Shown in pieces: positions 48,186-63,404 of a DNA stretch of 64,000 bases; the stretch's first letter is position 1, and the number at the start of each line of letters is the position of its first letter. This DNA comes from Trueperaceae bacterium (GTDB lineage: Bacteria > Deinococcota > Deinococci > Deinococcales > Trueperaceae), in NCBI GenBank assembly GCA_965215565.1, contig CBDCDZ010000004.1, positions 3,840,001-3,904,000 of the forward strand, in the 5' to 3' direction. The notes under the pieces are model-generated. The model was not told the DNA's origin, did no database searches, and saw nothing but the letters and a program-made list of their open reading frames with translations. The position numbers and the translations under genes are program-made.

Positions 48186-49088
48186 TTACAACTCGAGCAC
48201 CCCCGCATGTAAATCCATCCGAGAGGTGAGCGCGTCATACTCCGCGCCGCTGAGCGACGTTTCGCCTGAAAGCGCTACCAACGCCGCCTCTAAAACGTTC
48301 GTGGCGACGCTGCGCCCCTCAAACCTCGGCGTGGTGGTAATGAGTTTCGAAGCGCCCCGTTTGCGCAAGAGGTTGACGTTGTCCGCTGTGGTTGTATTCG
48401 TCAGGAACATTTTGCCGTCCACGCGCTCCGGTAAGTAGCGGCGGATGAAGTGCCAGTCGCCCGCGACGACGTCCGCCCAGGTATAAAACCTCGAGAACGA
48501 GTTGCGCGCGTCTCTATCCTGCTTGCTGCCCGTCGGATAGAGCCAGGAGATAGGTAGCTCGGTGACGAGGGGTAAGAGCGCCTTAGCCGCTCTGCGAAAG
48601 GTTTTTCTACCGTAAACAGGAATAGGTAGACCGAGACCGAAAATCGCATCCCCGTAGAGCACCTTTGCCCCCAAATCTTCTAACGCAGAAGCCATACCGT
48701 AACGGTCTAGCGCGGAGACCATCAGTACGCGCTTACCTCTCCAACTGAGCGCCGTATCAAGCTCCTTTACGACGCGCTTTTCGAAGCTCTGCTTGAGCCC
48801 CGAGCCGTCTACTATCGGGGTGTTGTGCGCCTCCCTCGCTAGCCGCGCCGCGTCGCGCACCGTGTAGCGCCGCGCGCCGATATAAAAATAGAGGTCGATG
48901 CCGCCTAAGCCGATGGCGTCCACCTCTCCATTTCTCGCGCCGTCTAACTCGCGGATAAGGGCGGCAGCGCTTCGTAAGTCGCCGTCCACACCTCTACGTC
49001 CCAACCTCACCTCTTGACCTAAGAGCGTCACGCAGGTGTCGTAGTCGCGCTTGGCGGACCCCAAAGAGACGCTGACGATATGTTTCAC
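48186..49088 (-). CDS. Conserved protein of the family often labelled 'quinate 5-dehydrogenase' (function unverified)
   Basis: VSVSLGS..RD, GLGGID, TPIVDGSGLK, LYPTG, TNTTT, TTTPR..GRS..TNV.EA. Confidence 0.75.
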   Translation of the reverse strand: MKHIVSVSLGSAKRDYDTCVTLLGQEVRLGRRGVDGDLRSAAALIRELDGARNGEVDAIGLGGIDLYFYIGARRYTVRDAARLAREAHNTPIVDGSGLKQSFEKRVVKELDTALSWRGKRVLMVSALDRYGMASALEDLGAKVLYGDAIFGLGLPIPVYGRKTFRRAAKALLPLVTELPISWLYPTGSKQDRDARNSFSRFYTWADVVAGDWHFIRRYLPERVDGKMFLTNTTTADNVNLLRKRGASKLITTTPRFEGRSVATNVLEAALVALSGETSLSGAEYDALTSRMDLHAGVLEL

Positions 49089-49157
49089 CGCTAAGGAGTG
49101 TAACAGATTGTGTCAGCAGTTCACTCAACCCCAGGAGAACAAGATGTTGCATAGTTC

Positions 49158-50609
49158 CTAAAGGGACGGAATCGGCACGTCCGGGTCGAGCGGTTGCGGA
49201 GCGAGGAGCGGCGCGGCTTCGGGTGTTTCTAGAAAGCGCTCCAACGCCCTAAGCGCGTTCGGGTCTACCCCGTCGCCGACGTCTTTATAGAGAATCTCGA
49301 GCGCCACCTCCACGCTCAGCCCGGCGCGGTAGGGGCGAGAGGACGTGAGCGCCTCGAACTGATCGGCGACGGCGAGCAGGCGCACCTCGAAGTCGAGCGT
49401 TCCGGCAGGGACAGCGCGGTAGTAGCCCCGCCCGTCCATGCGTTCGTGGTGCCCGCCTGCGAGCGCGGCGAGTTCTCTAAAGGGCTCGACTCTCGAGAGA
49501 ATCCGCTCACTGTACGCGGGGTGTTTGCGAATCGCGGCGAATTCCTCATTTGTCAAGCGTCCCTTCTTGTCGAGCACCGTGTTGGGCACGCCCAACTTGC
49601 CGATATCGTGCAGCAAAGCTGCGCGTGAGAGCCGCCGCCGCCCCGCCGCAGAAAGCGCCTCTCCACCGCTTAGCTGCGCGGCTGCGCCGAGCGCGAACTG
49701 CCTGACGCGCTCCGAATGTTTGTAAGTCCAGGGAGATTTAGCGTCGATAACCCGCGCGAACGCCTCGGCGACGCGGTCGAGCCCTTCGTCGCTCGCGCTT
49801 AGGCGGCGTTCTACGGGTTCCAAGGCGGCGACGCGCGCCCCCAGCCCCTCTCCAGCGAGCGACTCCCAAAACTTCTCGTCACGTTGAGACTTCTCGAACG
49901 CTGCCGCAACCGCAGGGTCAAACCAACTGCCCGTGCGCTCCCGCACCGCCCGCCGCGCCGCACGGGGACCACCGGCGCGGAAAAAGATTTCGGCGGTCTG
50001 TGCTAAACACAAGATGCGCCCCAACAAGGGAATGTTCTCTCCCGCTATCCCATAAGGGTGCCCTTTACCGTCCCAATACTCATCCAGAGCGCGAATCGCG
50101 GCAGCCGTTCCCTCCGCAAACGCCATCTGCCGGGCGATGTCCGCGCCCCGTTCGCAGCGCACCTGCATCAGCCCTGTATGACCGCCGCCCCGCCCCAAGC
50201 TCACGTCAACGACGTGCTTGAGCCGCCGTTGCAACGGTGCCGCGCTCCCCGCGTTGCCTAAAACGAAGCGCGTGCCCTCTTGCAGTTTGTCCAAGTTGAC
50301 CGTCTTAAAGGCGCATTTGATGCGCCTGTCATCAGCCCCGAAGAGGTGGTGGATTTTAGCGGCGTTGGAGGAGCAACCCAAATCCTTTAGGAGGAGTGCG
50401 TAGTAGAGGTCAGAGAGCCCTTGCGCGTCTAGCCCTAGCGCCCGCCCAATACTCATGCCAATCACACACGTGCGCAAGGCGTGACCCTCGGGTTGCCCCT
50501 CGGTGATGTCTAAAGCGTAGGTCATGGCGGAGACGACTTCGGAGAGCCGGAGCGTCTGCGCTTGCGGATGGTCAGGCTCAGTAGCGGGGTGGATAAGCGC
50601 TGAGTACAT
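49158..50609 (-). CDS. Tandem HD / HD-GYP domain phosphohydrolase
   Basis: N-terminal degenerate domain (LKDLG, WDGKGHP); C-terminal HSERV, LLHDIGK, HHERMDGRGYY, VADQFEALTSSRPYR. Confidence 0.88.
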   Translation of the reverse strand: MYSALIHPATEPDHPQAQTLRLSEVVSAMTYALDITEGQPEGHALRTCVIGMSIGRALGLDAQGLSDLYYALLLKDLGCSSNAAKIHHLFGADDRRIKCAFKTVNLDKLQEGTRFVLGNAGSAAPLQRRLKHVVDVSLGRGGGHTGLMQVRCERGADIARQMAFAEGTAAAIRALDEYWDGKGHPYGIAGENIPLLGRILCLAQTAEIFFRAGGPRAARRAVRERTGSWFDPAVAAAFEKSQRDEKFWESLAGEGLGARVAALEPVERRLSASDEGLDRVAEAFARVIDAKSPWTYKHSERVRQFALGAAAQLSGGEALSAAGRRRLSRAALLHDIGKLGVPNTVLDKKGRLTNEEFAAIRKHPAYSERILSRVEPFRELAALAGGHHERMDGRGYYRAVPAGTLDFEVRLLAVADQFEALTSSRPYRAGLSVEVALEILYKDVGDGVDPNALRALERFLETPEAAPLLAPQPLDPDVPIPSL

Positions 50610-50931
50610 AGGTTTCGGGTTCGCCTCTCGCCAGGTCAGTAGGGTTGCGTGAGCCCAAGAAAAGAACTCGGTAGTCCCTGCGATTATGCGCTGGTAAGAC
50701 TTACAAGATTCTTACAAATTGAGCTGTTGAGGAACCTCTTCGAGCCGAAGATGGACTTTCTATGTGACCTCCTTCACTCGTCAGCCAAACTAACGGATAA
50801 CTTAATCTCCCGTGCTAAATTAGGGTGTTTATGCAGGGATTGTCTGCTTTTTGCCGAACGCTATCTCCACCTAAGACAATTCTGCTTCTTTACTTAGTAC
50901 CGAGAGACACCGAATAAGGAAGGTCACATAC

Positions 50932-53775
<2,844 letters not shown>

Positions 53776-53792
53776 GTTAGAGCAATAACGCT

Positions 53793-53829
53793 AAGAGCCG
53801 CGAAGCTGTCTTCGCGGCTCTTTACTTTC
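53793..53829 (+). terminator. Intrinsic terminator after secA
   Basis: AAGAGCCGCGAAG-CTGT-CTTCGCGGCTCTT-TACTTTT. Confidence 0.85.
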
Positions 53830-54055
53830 TATAAGCACCGTGCGTCTATTCGTTGACGACGAGCGCGTTGGTCTGTGCGGTATCCGCCCTCATATGTCGC
53901 AAAGCGGATTGTAGTATCCGTAAAGAACGTGATGATGCCACCGTTCTTTGTACTCGTGAGGGTTGAACGTGTAATCCGAGAGTCCACCTTCACGAGATAC
54001 ATTCGCGAGGTGGACTCGAGGGTCTACTCAAGTATCACTCCATGTTCCAAAGAAC

Positions 54056-56104
54056 TCAGCGCAATATTATCGCCTTCAGGTCTTCACCCTGACGCGCCGC
54101 ATCTAATAGCTCGAGGCTGTCAACCGCGTACGCGCCGTCAACGCCCACCGCGAAGCGTAAGGGCTCGCCGATTCCTTGCGCCGCTCCTGTCTGCGGGTTA
54201 CCGAGTTCACCTGCGTCCGACACACCGACGAGCTTATTGTTGCGGAGCGTCACCCCGCCCGCGATGGCGCCATTAAAGAGAGGGCGCGACACGCCGTCCA
54301 TCTCGATGATGTTGTCGGCGAGGGTCACATTCGCGAGGTTGCCGCTAGGGTTGAAGTCGAACATGGGCGTCGTCCGGTCGTTCTGCGTCGGGACGACGTA
54401 TACATGATTATTCTCAAAGTCGAGCCCGTTGACGCTCGAGTCGGACCAGAAGATGCCCCGCCCAGGGTTCAAGATCATGTTCCTGCGAAAGACCATCCCC
54501 TCGGGGTAGGTGGGATACTCATTGCCGAATGTCGAGACTAGGTTGCCCCCGTCCGCCTCCGGGCTGAACGCGAAGATGTTCTCCTCGACGATGAAGTCGT
54601 TGCGCGGTCCCTCGAGCGAATAGCTGTAGAAGAACACGTTGTGGTGCAGATAAAAGCTGTACTCCGCCGTATCGGGGATGACCCCGCCCTCGCCCGCTTT
54701 GGGGAACGAGACGGGAGCATTGAGCACATTGTGATGAATCTCAACCGAGTGGTCGTTTTCGAAGGGCAGCTCGACCGAAAACAGGGGCGTGAGAACTGTG
54801 TTGTAAGCAATTTCGCTGTTGCGCCACTGACGACCTTTGACGCCAAAGGCCCGTTCCTCTCTGTCCTTGTCGCTCTCATCAATGAGGTTGTGCCGTACGA
54901 CGCCACCCTCGACCCAAGTGCCGAATATAGCCCCTGCCCGTCCACCGCCACCCTGCACACCTCCCGCGTCTAAGAAGGTATTGCGCTCTATGAGGACCGC
55001 CTCTACACCCATCAGCCGAATCGCTGACCACCGCGCGCCGTTAAAAGCTGAGTTCGACACGCTCAGGCGCTCGTTCCAGCTCGACACGATCGCGCCTAGC
55101 AGGTTGGGCGCAGAAAAGGCGATACCTTGAAAGGTGACGTCGTCATCTTCGTCTAGGTTAAACAGGTAGCCGGGGCGGTAGAGGCCCTCCGGGTCTACCG
55201 CGCTGTCGTTTAAGTCACCAGGTAGCACGGGGAACCCCGCTCCGGCGGTGACGCTCGTCGCGCTCGCGCCGTCGCCGTAGAGTCCGACGCCCGTGCGAAG
55301 CGAGACACCTTGACCAAGGGCATACTCGCCTGCGGGAAGCCTAATCGCGCCACGGCTGAACTCGCCCGCCGCCACCTTGTCCCCTAGATAATCGACGGCA
55401 GCTTGGAGTTCGGGCGCGAAGTCGTCGTTGCTGCGTTCAGCGTCGCTCAGCGTGCTGGCAACCGCTGGTGGTAGATCGGTGAGAACGATAGACGCCGCAC
55501 CCTCGGGCACGTCCGGCGCGTCACCTGGCTCACTTGGCTCACCGGGCTCGCCTGGGTCCGGCTGGGTTGGCGGCTCGGACTGAGGCTCGAGTTCCAAGTA
55601 GTCGATGTAGAGGTTGCGGTCGCTGCCCGGACCGTCGTAGGCGTCATCCAAGAAAAAGGCTTCGAGGCGCTGACCTTCTTTGAGGTCAAACGTACCCAAG
55701 TCGTCCACGCCGTAGCCCTCGTGCTCGATAGACTTATCCGCTACATCTTCGCCGTCAATGCGCAGGCGCAGTGTAGGATAACCGCCGTATTCGTCCGCTC
55801 TGGCATGGACGAGTACCCTGTAGCGCCCGCTCTGAAGCGCATCTAATTCGAATTGGACCCCTTCGCCACTACAGCGGAGCGCGGCGGCGTCTCCATCTTT
55901 GGCGGCGTCTTCGGAGACCATAGCGCTCTTTCTCGTCTCTTCGGTACCGAAGCCATTCACGATAAACAGGTTCTCGTCGCGGGCGTCGAGGACGAGGGCG
56001 TCCGAGCTTACCGCGTCTTGCAGCGTCGGCGTCGAACTCGAGCAAGCTGCTAGGAGGGCTAAGAGCGCCCCTAGTAGAAGACTCACATTGAAGTTGAATG
56101 TCAT
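54056..56104 (-). CDS. Lipoprotein with a carbohydrate-binding-like module and a right-handed beta-helix (pectin-lyase fold)
   Basis: Lipobox LAAC; DRNLYIDYL module; PGEP linker; LQAAVD...IRLPAGEY...LYGDG; Asn-ladder repeats; AAGGAGG RBS. Confidence 0.75.
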   Translation of the reverse strand: MTFNFNVSLLLGALLALLAACSSSTPTLQDAVSSDALVLDARDENLFIVNGFGTEETRKSAMVSEDAAKDGDAAALRCSGEGVQFELDALQSGRYRVLVHARADEYGGYPTLRLRIDGEDVADKSIEHEGYGVDDLGTFDLKEGQRLEAFFLDDAYDGPGSDRNLYIDYLELEPQSEPPTQPDPGEPGEPSEPGDAPDVPEGAASIVLTDLPPAVASTLSDAERSNDDFAPELQAAVDYLGDKVAAGEFSRGAIRLPAGEYALGQGVSLRTGVGLYGDGASATSVTAGAGFPVLPGDLNDSAVDPEGLYRPGYLFNLDEDDDVTFQGIAFSAPNLLGAIVSSWNERLSVSNSAFNGARWSAIRLMGVEAVLIERNTFLDAGGVQGGGGRAGAIFGTWVEGGVVRHNLIDESDKDREERAFGVKGRQWRNSEIAYNTVLTPLFSVELPFENDHSVEIHHNVLNAPVSFPKAGEGGVIPDTAEYSFYLHHNVFFYSYSLEGPRNDFIVEENIFAFSPEADGGNLVSTFGNEYPTYPEGMVFRRNMILNPGRGIFWSDSSVNGLDFENNHVYVVPTQNDRTTPMFDFNPSGNLANVTLADNIIEMDGVSRPLFNGAIAGGVTLRNNKLVGVSDAGELGNPQTGAAQGIGEPLRFAVGVDGAYAVDSLELLDAARQGEDLKAIILR

Positions 56105-56388
56105 AGGTAACAGACCTCCTTAGGTCGGGTGGAGCGCCCTTCGCTGCAGAGCTAGAAGGGCAGCCCTCACTATGTCCAGTCTAGTGATTTGCCTACGAAC
56201 CCGCTCAGTTAAGGTGCGTTATGTGCGGTTCTCTCTTCTCGAGATTTTCCGGCGTGTCCAGATATCTTGTACGATGCGTTTATGGACCTCGACCGAGCCA
56301 CCCTCTACCTCGCCAGTTGTAGCGGCGAAGTTTGCACTTGCCCTTCGCAAACGCCCCCGCTCTTCTCCCTTGGTTCCCGCTTCTCGAG

Positions 56389-57267
56389 GTGACCTTTCCT
56401 GAACGCCTCCACGAGCGCATCCGCCAGACCGACTCGAGGGTCTGTCTAGGCATCGACCCCCGCCCCGAGGCGCATCCTCTGACGCACCCGAGCAGGTTCA
56501 AAAACGATCCCGCCCGAGTCGCCAAAGCTGTCGTCTACTACTTTCAAGCCATAGTTCAAGCGACGGAAGGGTCAGTCGCGTGCTACAAGCTCCAGTCCGC
56601 CTTCTTCGAGGCGTTGGGTATCCCTGGACTCATCAGCATGGCGCAGCTCACCGCGGATATTAAGTCAAGAGGTATTCCGGTCATTTTAGACGCCAAACGC
56701 GGCGACATCGGCTCGACGGCGGAGGCGTACGCGGACGCTTACTTGGGCGACGGGGTGTTCTCTGCGGACGCGCTCACAGTGAATCCTTATTTGGGGATGG
56801 ACAGCTTGGAGCCTTTTTTCACCCGAGCAGCGAGCGAAGAACGTGGGCTCTTCGTTTTAGTCAAAACCTCGAACCCCGGCAGCGCCGACTTTCAGGACAT
56901 TCAAACGGACGACGGGCGCAAACTCTACGAGCGCGTTGCAGACAGCCTCGCGAGCTTGGCAGAGAAACACCTCAGCGGAGGGGCTTTACAGCAGTACGCG
57001 CCGCTCGGCGCAGTCGTCGGGGCGACGCATCCAGATGAGCTTAAAGCGCTTCGCCAGCGTCTGCCGCACAGCGTGTTGCTCGTTCCCGGCTACGGCGCAC
57101 AAGGCGCGTCGGCGGAAGAGGTTGCGGGGGCATTTGACGAAGAGGGGTTGGGGGCGGTGGTCAGCTCGAGCCGCGCCCTGACCTACCTCACGCAAGAGGA
57201 CGACTTTCCGCAGCGGGCGAAAGTTGCTGCCGAGGCGATGAGGGGCGAGATCAACGCGGCACTTTGA
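56389..57267 (+). CDS. pyrF: Orotidine-5'-phosphate decarboxylase (subfamily 2)
   Basis: CLGIDP, ILDAKRGDIGSTAEAYA, VKTSNPGS, VPGYGAQG, SSSR. Confidence 0.95.
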   Translation: MTFPERLHERIRQTDSRVCLGIDPRPEAHPLTHPSRFKNDPARVAKAVVYYFQAIVQATEGSVACYKLQSAFFEALGIPGLISMAQLTADIKSRGIPVILDAKRGDIGSTAEAYADAYLGDGVFSADALTVNPYLGMDSLEPFFTRAASEERGLFVLVKTSNPGSADFQDIQTDDGRKLYERVADSLASLAEKHLSGGALQQYAPLGAVVGATHPDELKALRQRLPHSVLLVPGYGAQGASAEEVAGAFDEEGLGAVVSSSRALTYLTQEDDFPQRAKVAAEAMRGEINAAL

Positions 57268-57277
57268 GGCTAGATGT

Positions 57278-57883
57278 TTAGAGAAAAGCTTTTAGCGCTC
57301 TGCGCACATCACCCGGCGAGTTGATGCGTACCGCTTTCATTCCAGTTGCTTTAGCGGCTGAAACGTTCACCTCGGTATCGTCGAAGAACATGATCTCTCC
57401 AGGGTGAAGTCCTATTTCCGAAACAACGTAAAGAAAAGCGTCCGACTCGGGTTTCCGTTTACCCATCTCGGAGGAGACAAAGATTCGCTCGAACGGTGTG
57501 AGCGCGTCCGCGTAACGCTGAGACCAGAACAATTGATGGGTTGCGTTAGTGTTGCTGAAAGCGTAGAGAGGTAGCTTACCCTCCAACTGACGGATGAGTT
57601 GCACCGTCGGCGCAATTTCACCTAAGAAAATAGCGTTCCAGCCCTCTTCGAACTGTGCGTCTGACATCGCTATTCCTAGCGTCGTGCGGAGCGAAGCGTA
57701 GTACGCCTCCGCATCTATCTCGCCGCGCTCATGCTGTTCGTACGCCTCGCTTAGCGTGAAGCGTGCCCGAAGCGTCTCGAGGTTCGCGCCTGCATGGGCG
57801 CTCCACCGCTCGAGCACCTTGTCGAAACTGACGTCGATGACGACACCACCCAAGTCGAATAGCAAAGCCTTGATTTGGGTCAA
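57278..57883 (-). CDS. HAD-family phosphatase (YihX-like)
   Basis: FDLGGV, FSNTN, KRKP, FFDD. Confidence 0.9.
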   Translation of the reverse strand: MTQIKALLFDLGGVVIDVSFDKVLERWSAHAGANLETLRARFTLSEAYEQHERGEIDAEAYYASLRTTLGIAMSDAQFEEGWNAIFLGEIAPTVQLIRQLEGKLPLYAFSNTNATHQLFWSQRYADALTPFERIFVSSEMGKRKPESDAFLYVVSEIGLHPGEIMFFDDTEVNVSAAKATGMKAVRINSPGDVRRALKAFL

Positions 57884-57927
57884 ACTAACACCTCTTCCGC
57901 TCGAGACTCTCTCGGTTCAACGCTATA

Positions 57928-58005
57928 TAGCAGGTATCATCTGGTCAGAGACACTCTCACTTTGTGAAACGATGTCTAACACGCACTCTAAGGGATGAGG
58001 TTCCG
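57928..58005 (+). mobile_element. Dispersed repeat subfamily B, short copy
   Basis: TAGCAGGTATCATCTGGTCAGAGACACTCTCACTTTGT...ACACGCACTCTAAGGGATGA. Confidence 0.8.
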
Positions 58006-58081
58006 TTACAGCAAGCTGTGAAATCCGCGTGATTCAAGCTCAGTACTTCTGATAACCGCCGCATCTCCCCGAGGAGCGTCT

Positions 58082-60058
58082 TCACAATTCGCCTTCAGTA
58101 ACCGCGTCAAAAGCACGCCCCAGCCGCCCCGAGAGCGAGCGCACGTAGCTCGCGCTCAAGTGGTTGTAGTCTCTGAACAAGATGCGCGCCTCGGTCTGCA
58201 CGTCGCACGCGCCGTCGGGACAGATAACGTCCGTAAAGTCGAGCAGGTGAACGTCGTCAAACCCACTCGCAGCTTCCTGTTGCGCCTCAAATACCTCCGT
58301 ACTTTTCCAGTTGCGCGCGGGGAAGTTGCACGAGCGTTGCCCCGCGCTGAGCCCGAGCTTGCGTCGCCACGCCTCTCGAGAGAGGCACGCTGGAACGTCA
58401 TGTTCGGGTAGAGGTGAGTCTCGTATGACCACGACGTTTTCAGCGACAGTTGCCAAGTCCGCAAAAACCGCCTCACTGCCAACACGCCAGTCTCGCGGGC
58501 CAAGGACACCGTAGTGGCTAAAGGACGACATCACAACGAGGTCAGGGCGGACCTCTCGCAGCTCGTCAAGCACCGCTTCGCGCCACTCGTCGCACTCGGC
58601 GTAATCGCGCCCCAAACTTGGCGCGAAGAGCGTGACGTCGATGCCCGGACACCCAACCTTTAAGAAGTAGAGCAGCCGCCAACCGCGCTGCGCCGCGACC
58701 TCTCGCACGGCCGGTGCCCACTGCGCGGCGTGGCTGTCGCCGTAGAGCGCCACGGTGAAGGGCGCGTCAGTGGGTCCGTCGCTGCAGCCTGCTAAGTGGG
58801 TCTCGAGCCGCCGGACGGTGCAGCGCGAGTTGGACACGCTAGGCTTGTCCTCACGCGCCGCTATAAACCGCGCCTGCTCGGGGCTGCGCGACTGCGCCGC
58901 CGCTACGCTCCACCACGCCGCGCTCAGACCGAGTGAGCAGAGGGCGAGCGCGCCCATGAGCGCCGCGCCGCGCGCCGTGCGTCCTAACGCGCGGCTGCGG
59001 CGCACCGGGTTTTCGGCGAAGCGGTACGACAGCGCCGCCGCGCCGAGCGAGAGGGCGAGGACGATGAGCCTCTGCGGGAGCGTGACGTCCTCGTCTAATT
59101 CCCTTACGAATACCAACGCGGGCCAGTGCCAGAGGTACCACGAGTAGGAGAGCCGCCCCAAGAGACGCAGGGGACGCCAGGAGAGAATCCTAACGAGCCA
59201 TCCCTTCTCGGTACCAGCGAGCAAGATAAAAACCGTACCGAGCACGGGCAAGAGCGTTAACCAGCCCGGAAAGGGCGTACGGGCTGTGTAGAGACCTCCT
59301 GCGAGGATGACGGCAGCGAGTCCGAGCCAACCCAACCCCTGTATGAGGCTGCGCCTCCGCTGTAAGCTGACTGGAACGAGCACCCCGAGCCCGCCGAGCG
59401 CGAACTCCCACACCCGCGTAGGCGACGAGAAAAACGCCCAGTGCGTCTGACCCACCTGAGTGAGCAGCAGCGTGAGCGCAAAGAAAGCCGCCGCCGCGAC
59501 GAGCATCCCCCATATGAGACGCTGGCGGTTCAGCGCTGGCGGGCGTTGCCGCTTGCGACTAAACCCTACTAGCAGTACCAAAACGAGCGCGGGCCAGAGC
59601 AGGTAAAACTGCTCCTCGACGGAGAGTGACCACATGTGGAGTAGGGGGTTCGTCTCCGCGTCCGCTGCTAGGTAGTCCGTCGCCCGCAAGCCGAAGAGGA
59701 TGTTCGACACGTAAGCCGCCGACGCGAGCGCCGTTTTCGCTAGGTCTGTCTGCTCTAAAGGCGCGTAGAAAAAGAAGCCGAACGCGCTCACACAAGCGAG
59801 CAGCAGCGCCGCCGCTGGCAGCAAGCGGCGGGCGCGGCGGACATAGAACCGGAAGAGGTTGAGCTTGCCCGTCTCTATAATCTCGCTGACTAAGATATCC
59901 GTAATGAGGTAGCCGGAGAGGACGAAGAACACGTCCACGCCGACGTAACCGCCGGAGAAACCCGGCACCTCTGCGTGGTAGAGCGCCACGAGCAAAATCG
60001 CGAGCCCGCGCAGCCCTTCGATGTCAGTGCGCCAAGGACGTGTAGGCGGTGGATGCAA
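58082..60058 (-). CDS. Acyltransferase-3 / SGNH fusion (OafA-like O-acetyltransferase)
   Basis: DIEGLRG, GVDVFFVLSGYLIT, HMWSLSVEEQFY, SYSWYLWHWP, GDSHA, DYNH. Confidence 0.93.
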   Translation of the reverse strand: MHPPPTRPWRTDIEGLRGLAILLVALYHAEVPGFSGGYVGVDVFFVLSGYLITDILVSEIIETGKLNLFRFYVRRARRLLPAAALLLACVSAFGFFFYAPLEQTDLAKTALASAAYVSNILFGLRATDYLAADAETNPLLHMWSLSVEEQFYLLWPALVLVLLVGFSRKRQRPPALNRQRLIWGMLVAAAAFFALTLLLTQVGQTHWAFFSSPTRVWEFALGGLGVLVPVSLQRRRSLIQGLGWLGLAAVILAGGLYTARTPFPGWLTLLPVLGTVFILLAGTEKGWLVRILSWRPLRLLGRLSYSWYLWHWPALVFVRELDEDVTLPQRLIVLALSLGAAALSYRFAENPVRRSRALGRTARGAALMGALALCSLGLSAAWWSVAAAQSRSPEQARFIAAREDKPSVSNSRCTVRRLETHLAGCSDGPTDAPFTVALYGDSHAAQWAPAVREVAAQRGWRLLYFLKVGCPGIDVTLFAPSLGRDYAECDEWREAVLDELREVRPDLVVMSSFSHYGVLGPRDWRVGSEAVFADLATVAENVVVIRDSPLPEHDVPACLSREAWRRKLGLSAGQRSCNFPARNWKSTEVFEAQQEAASGFDDVHLLDFTDVICPDGACDVQTEARILFRDYNHLSASYVRSLSGRLGRAFDAVTEGEL

Positions 60059-60105
60059 AGTGCGGCGTCCTTTCGAGTGGATTGACGCTTAGAGCGCCCG
60101 AGCTA

Positions 60106-60219
60106 TATAGCAATTAACATAAATACTGATTAGAATAGCGCAAATATCATTCTCAAATGTGCGTGCTATACGGTGTTCTACATTGTGAGAGTGTCCCAAA
60201 CCAAATGATACTTGCTATA
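60106..60219 (-). mobile_element. Dispersed repeat subfamily A, minimal 114-bp core
   Basis: TATAGCAA...TTGCTATA; equals the 14285 and 42407 copies minus their internal hairpin modules. Confidence 0.85.
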
Positions 60220-60338
60220 CATCTATCCTGACACGAGATGAGCGCCGTGACTGAAAGGTGAGAAGAGGTGCGCACGAACCCTTGCAAACCCCCAAGCAAG
60301 TATGTTTTACTTTCCGTACCACTTTATAAGAGGTGGAA

Positions 60339-60459
60339 CTTATCCAGAGCAACCGAGGGACTTGGCCCTGTGACGTTGCAGCAACCAGCTTTCATATAAG
60401 CGGGTGCTTCTTCCAGCTCGAGACGCGAACTACGATAGCTCAGGCTCGAGAGAGATAAG
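60339..60459 (+). ncRNA. SAM-I (S-box) riboswitch
   Basis: CTTATCCAGAG..GAGGGAC.TGGCCC..GAC..GCAACC..GGTGC..TTCC..AGATAAG upstream of methionine genes. Confidence 0.93.
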
Positions 60460-60759
60460 GAGACAGACGTTGAAATCCATTTTCATACAATTTTATTCTG
60501 TACGAATGTTTAGGGCAGTTTAGCGACTAGGCGGATTCACTTTACGCTTAGAGTTAGGCTGCTTTTTTCCTGTAAGCAACTCAGCATCGTTCATCCAGCT
60601 TGACTGGACTGCAGCACAGGTCAAGGCTGAAGTCCTCAGCATTTTCAATGCTAACCTGTGTCAGCATTTCAGGAAAAACAAAAACCTGCTACAGAGTTTG
60701 CGGAACGAAACAGACCGAAGTGTTAGTAGGCTGATTAGCTTTTCTTACGCTACAACTGA

Positions 60760-63400
<2,641 letters not shown>

Positions 63401-63404
<4 letters not shown>

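Noticed and set aside
56105..56200. c-di-GMP riboswitch upstream of the beta-helix lipoprotein
   Set aside because: GGCAAA plus a stem is present, but there is no GNRA loop or CGCAAAG (class I) and no class II pseudoknot motifs.
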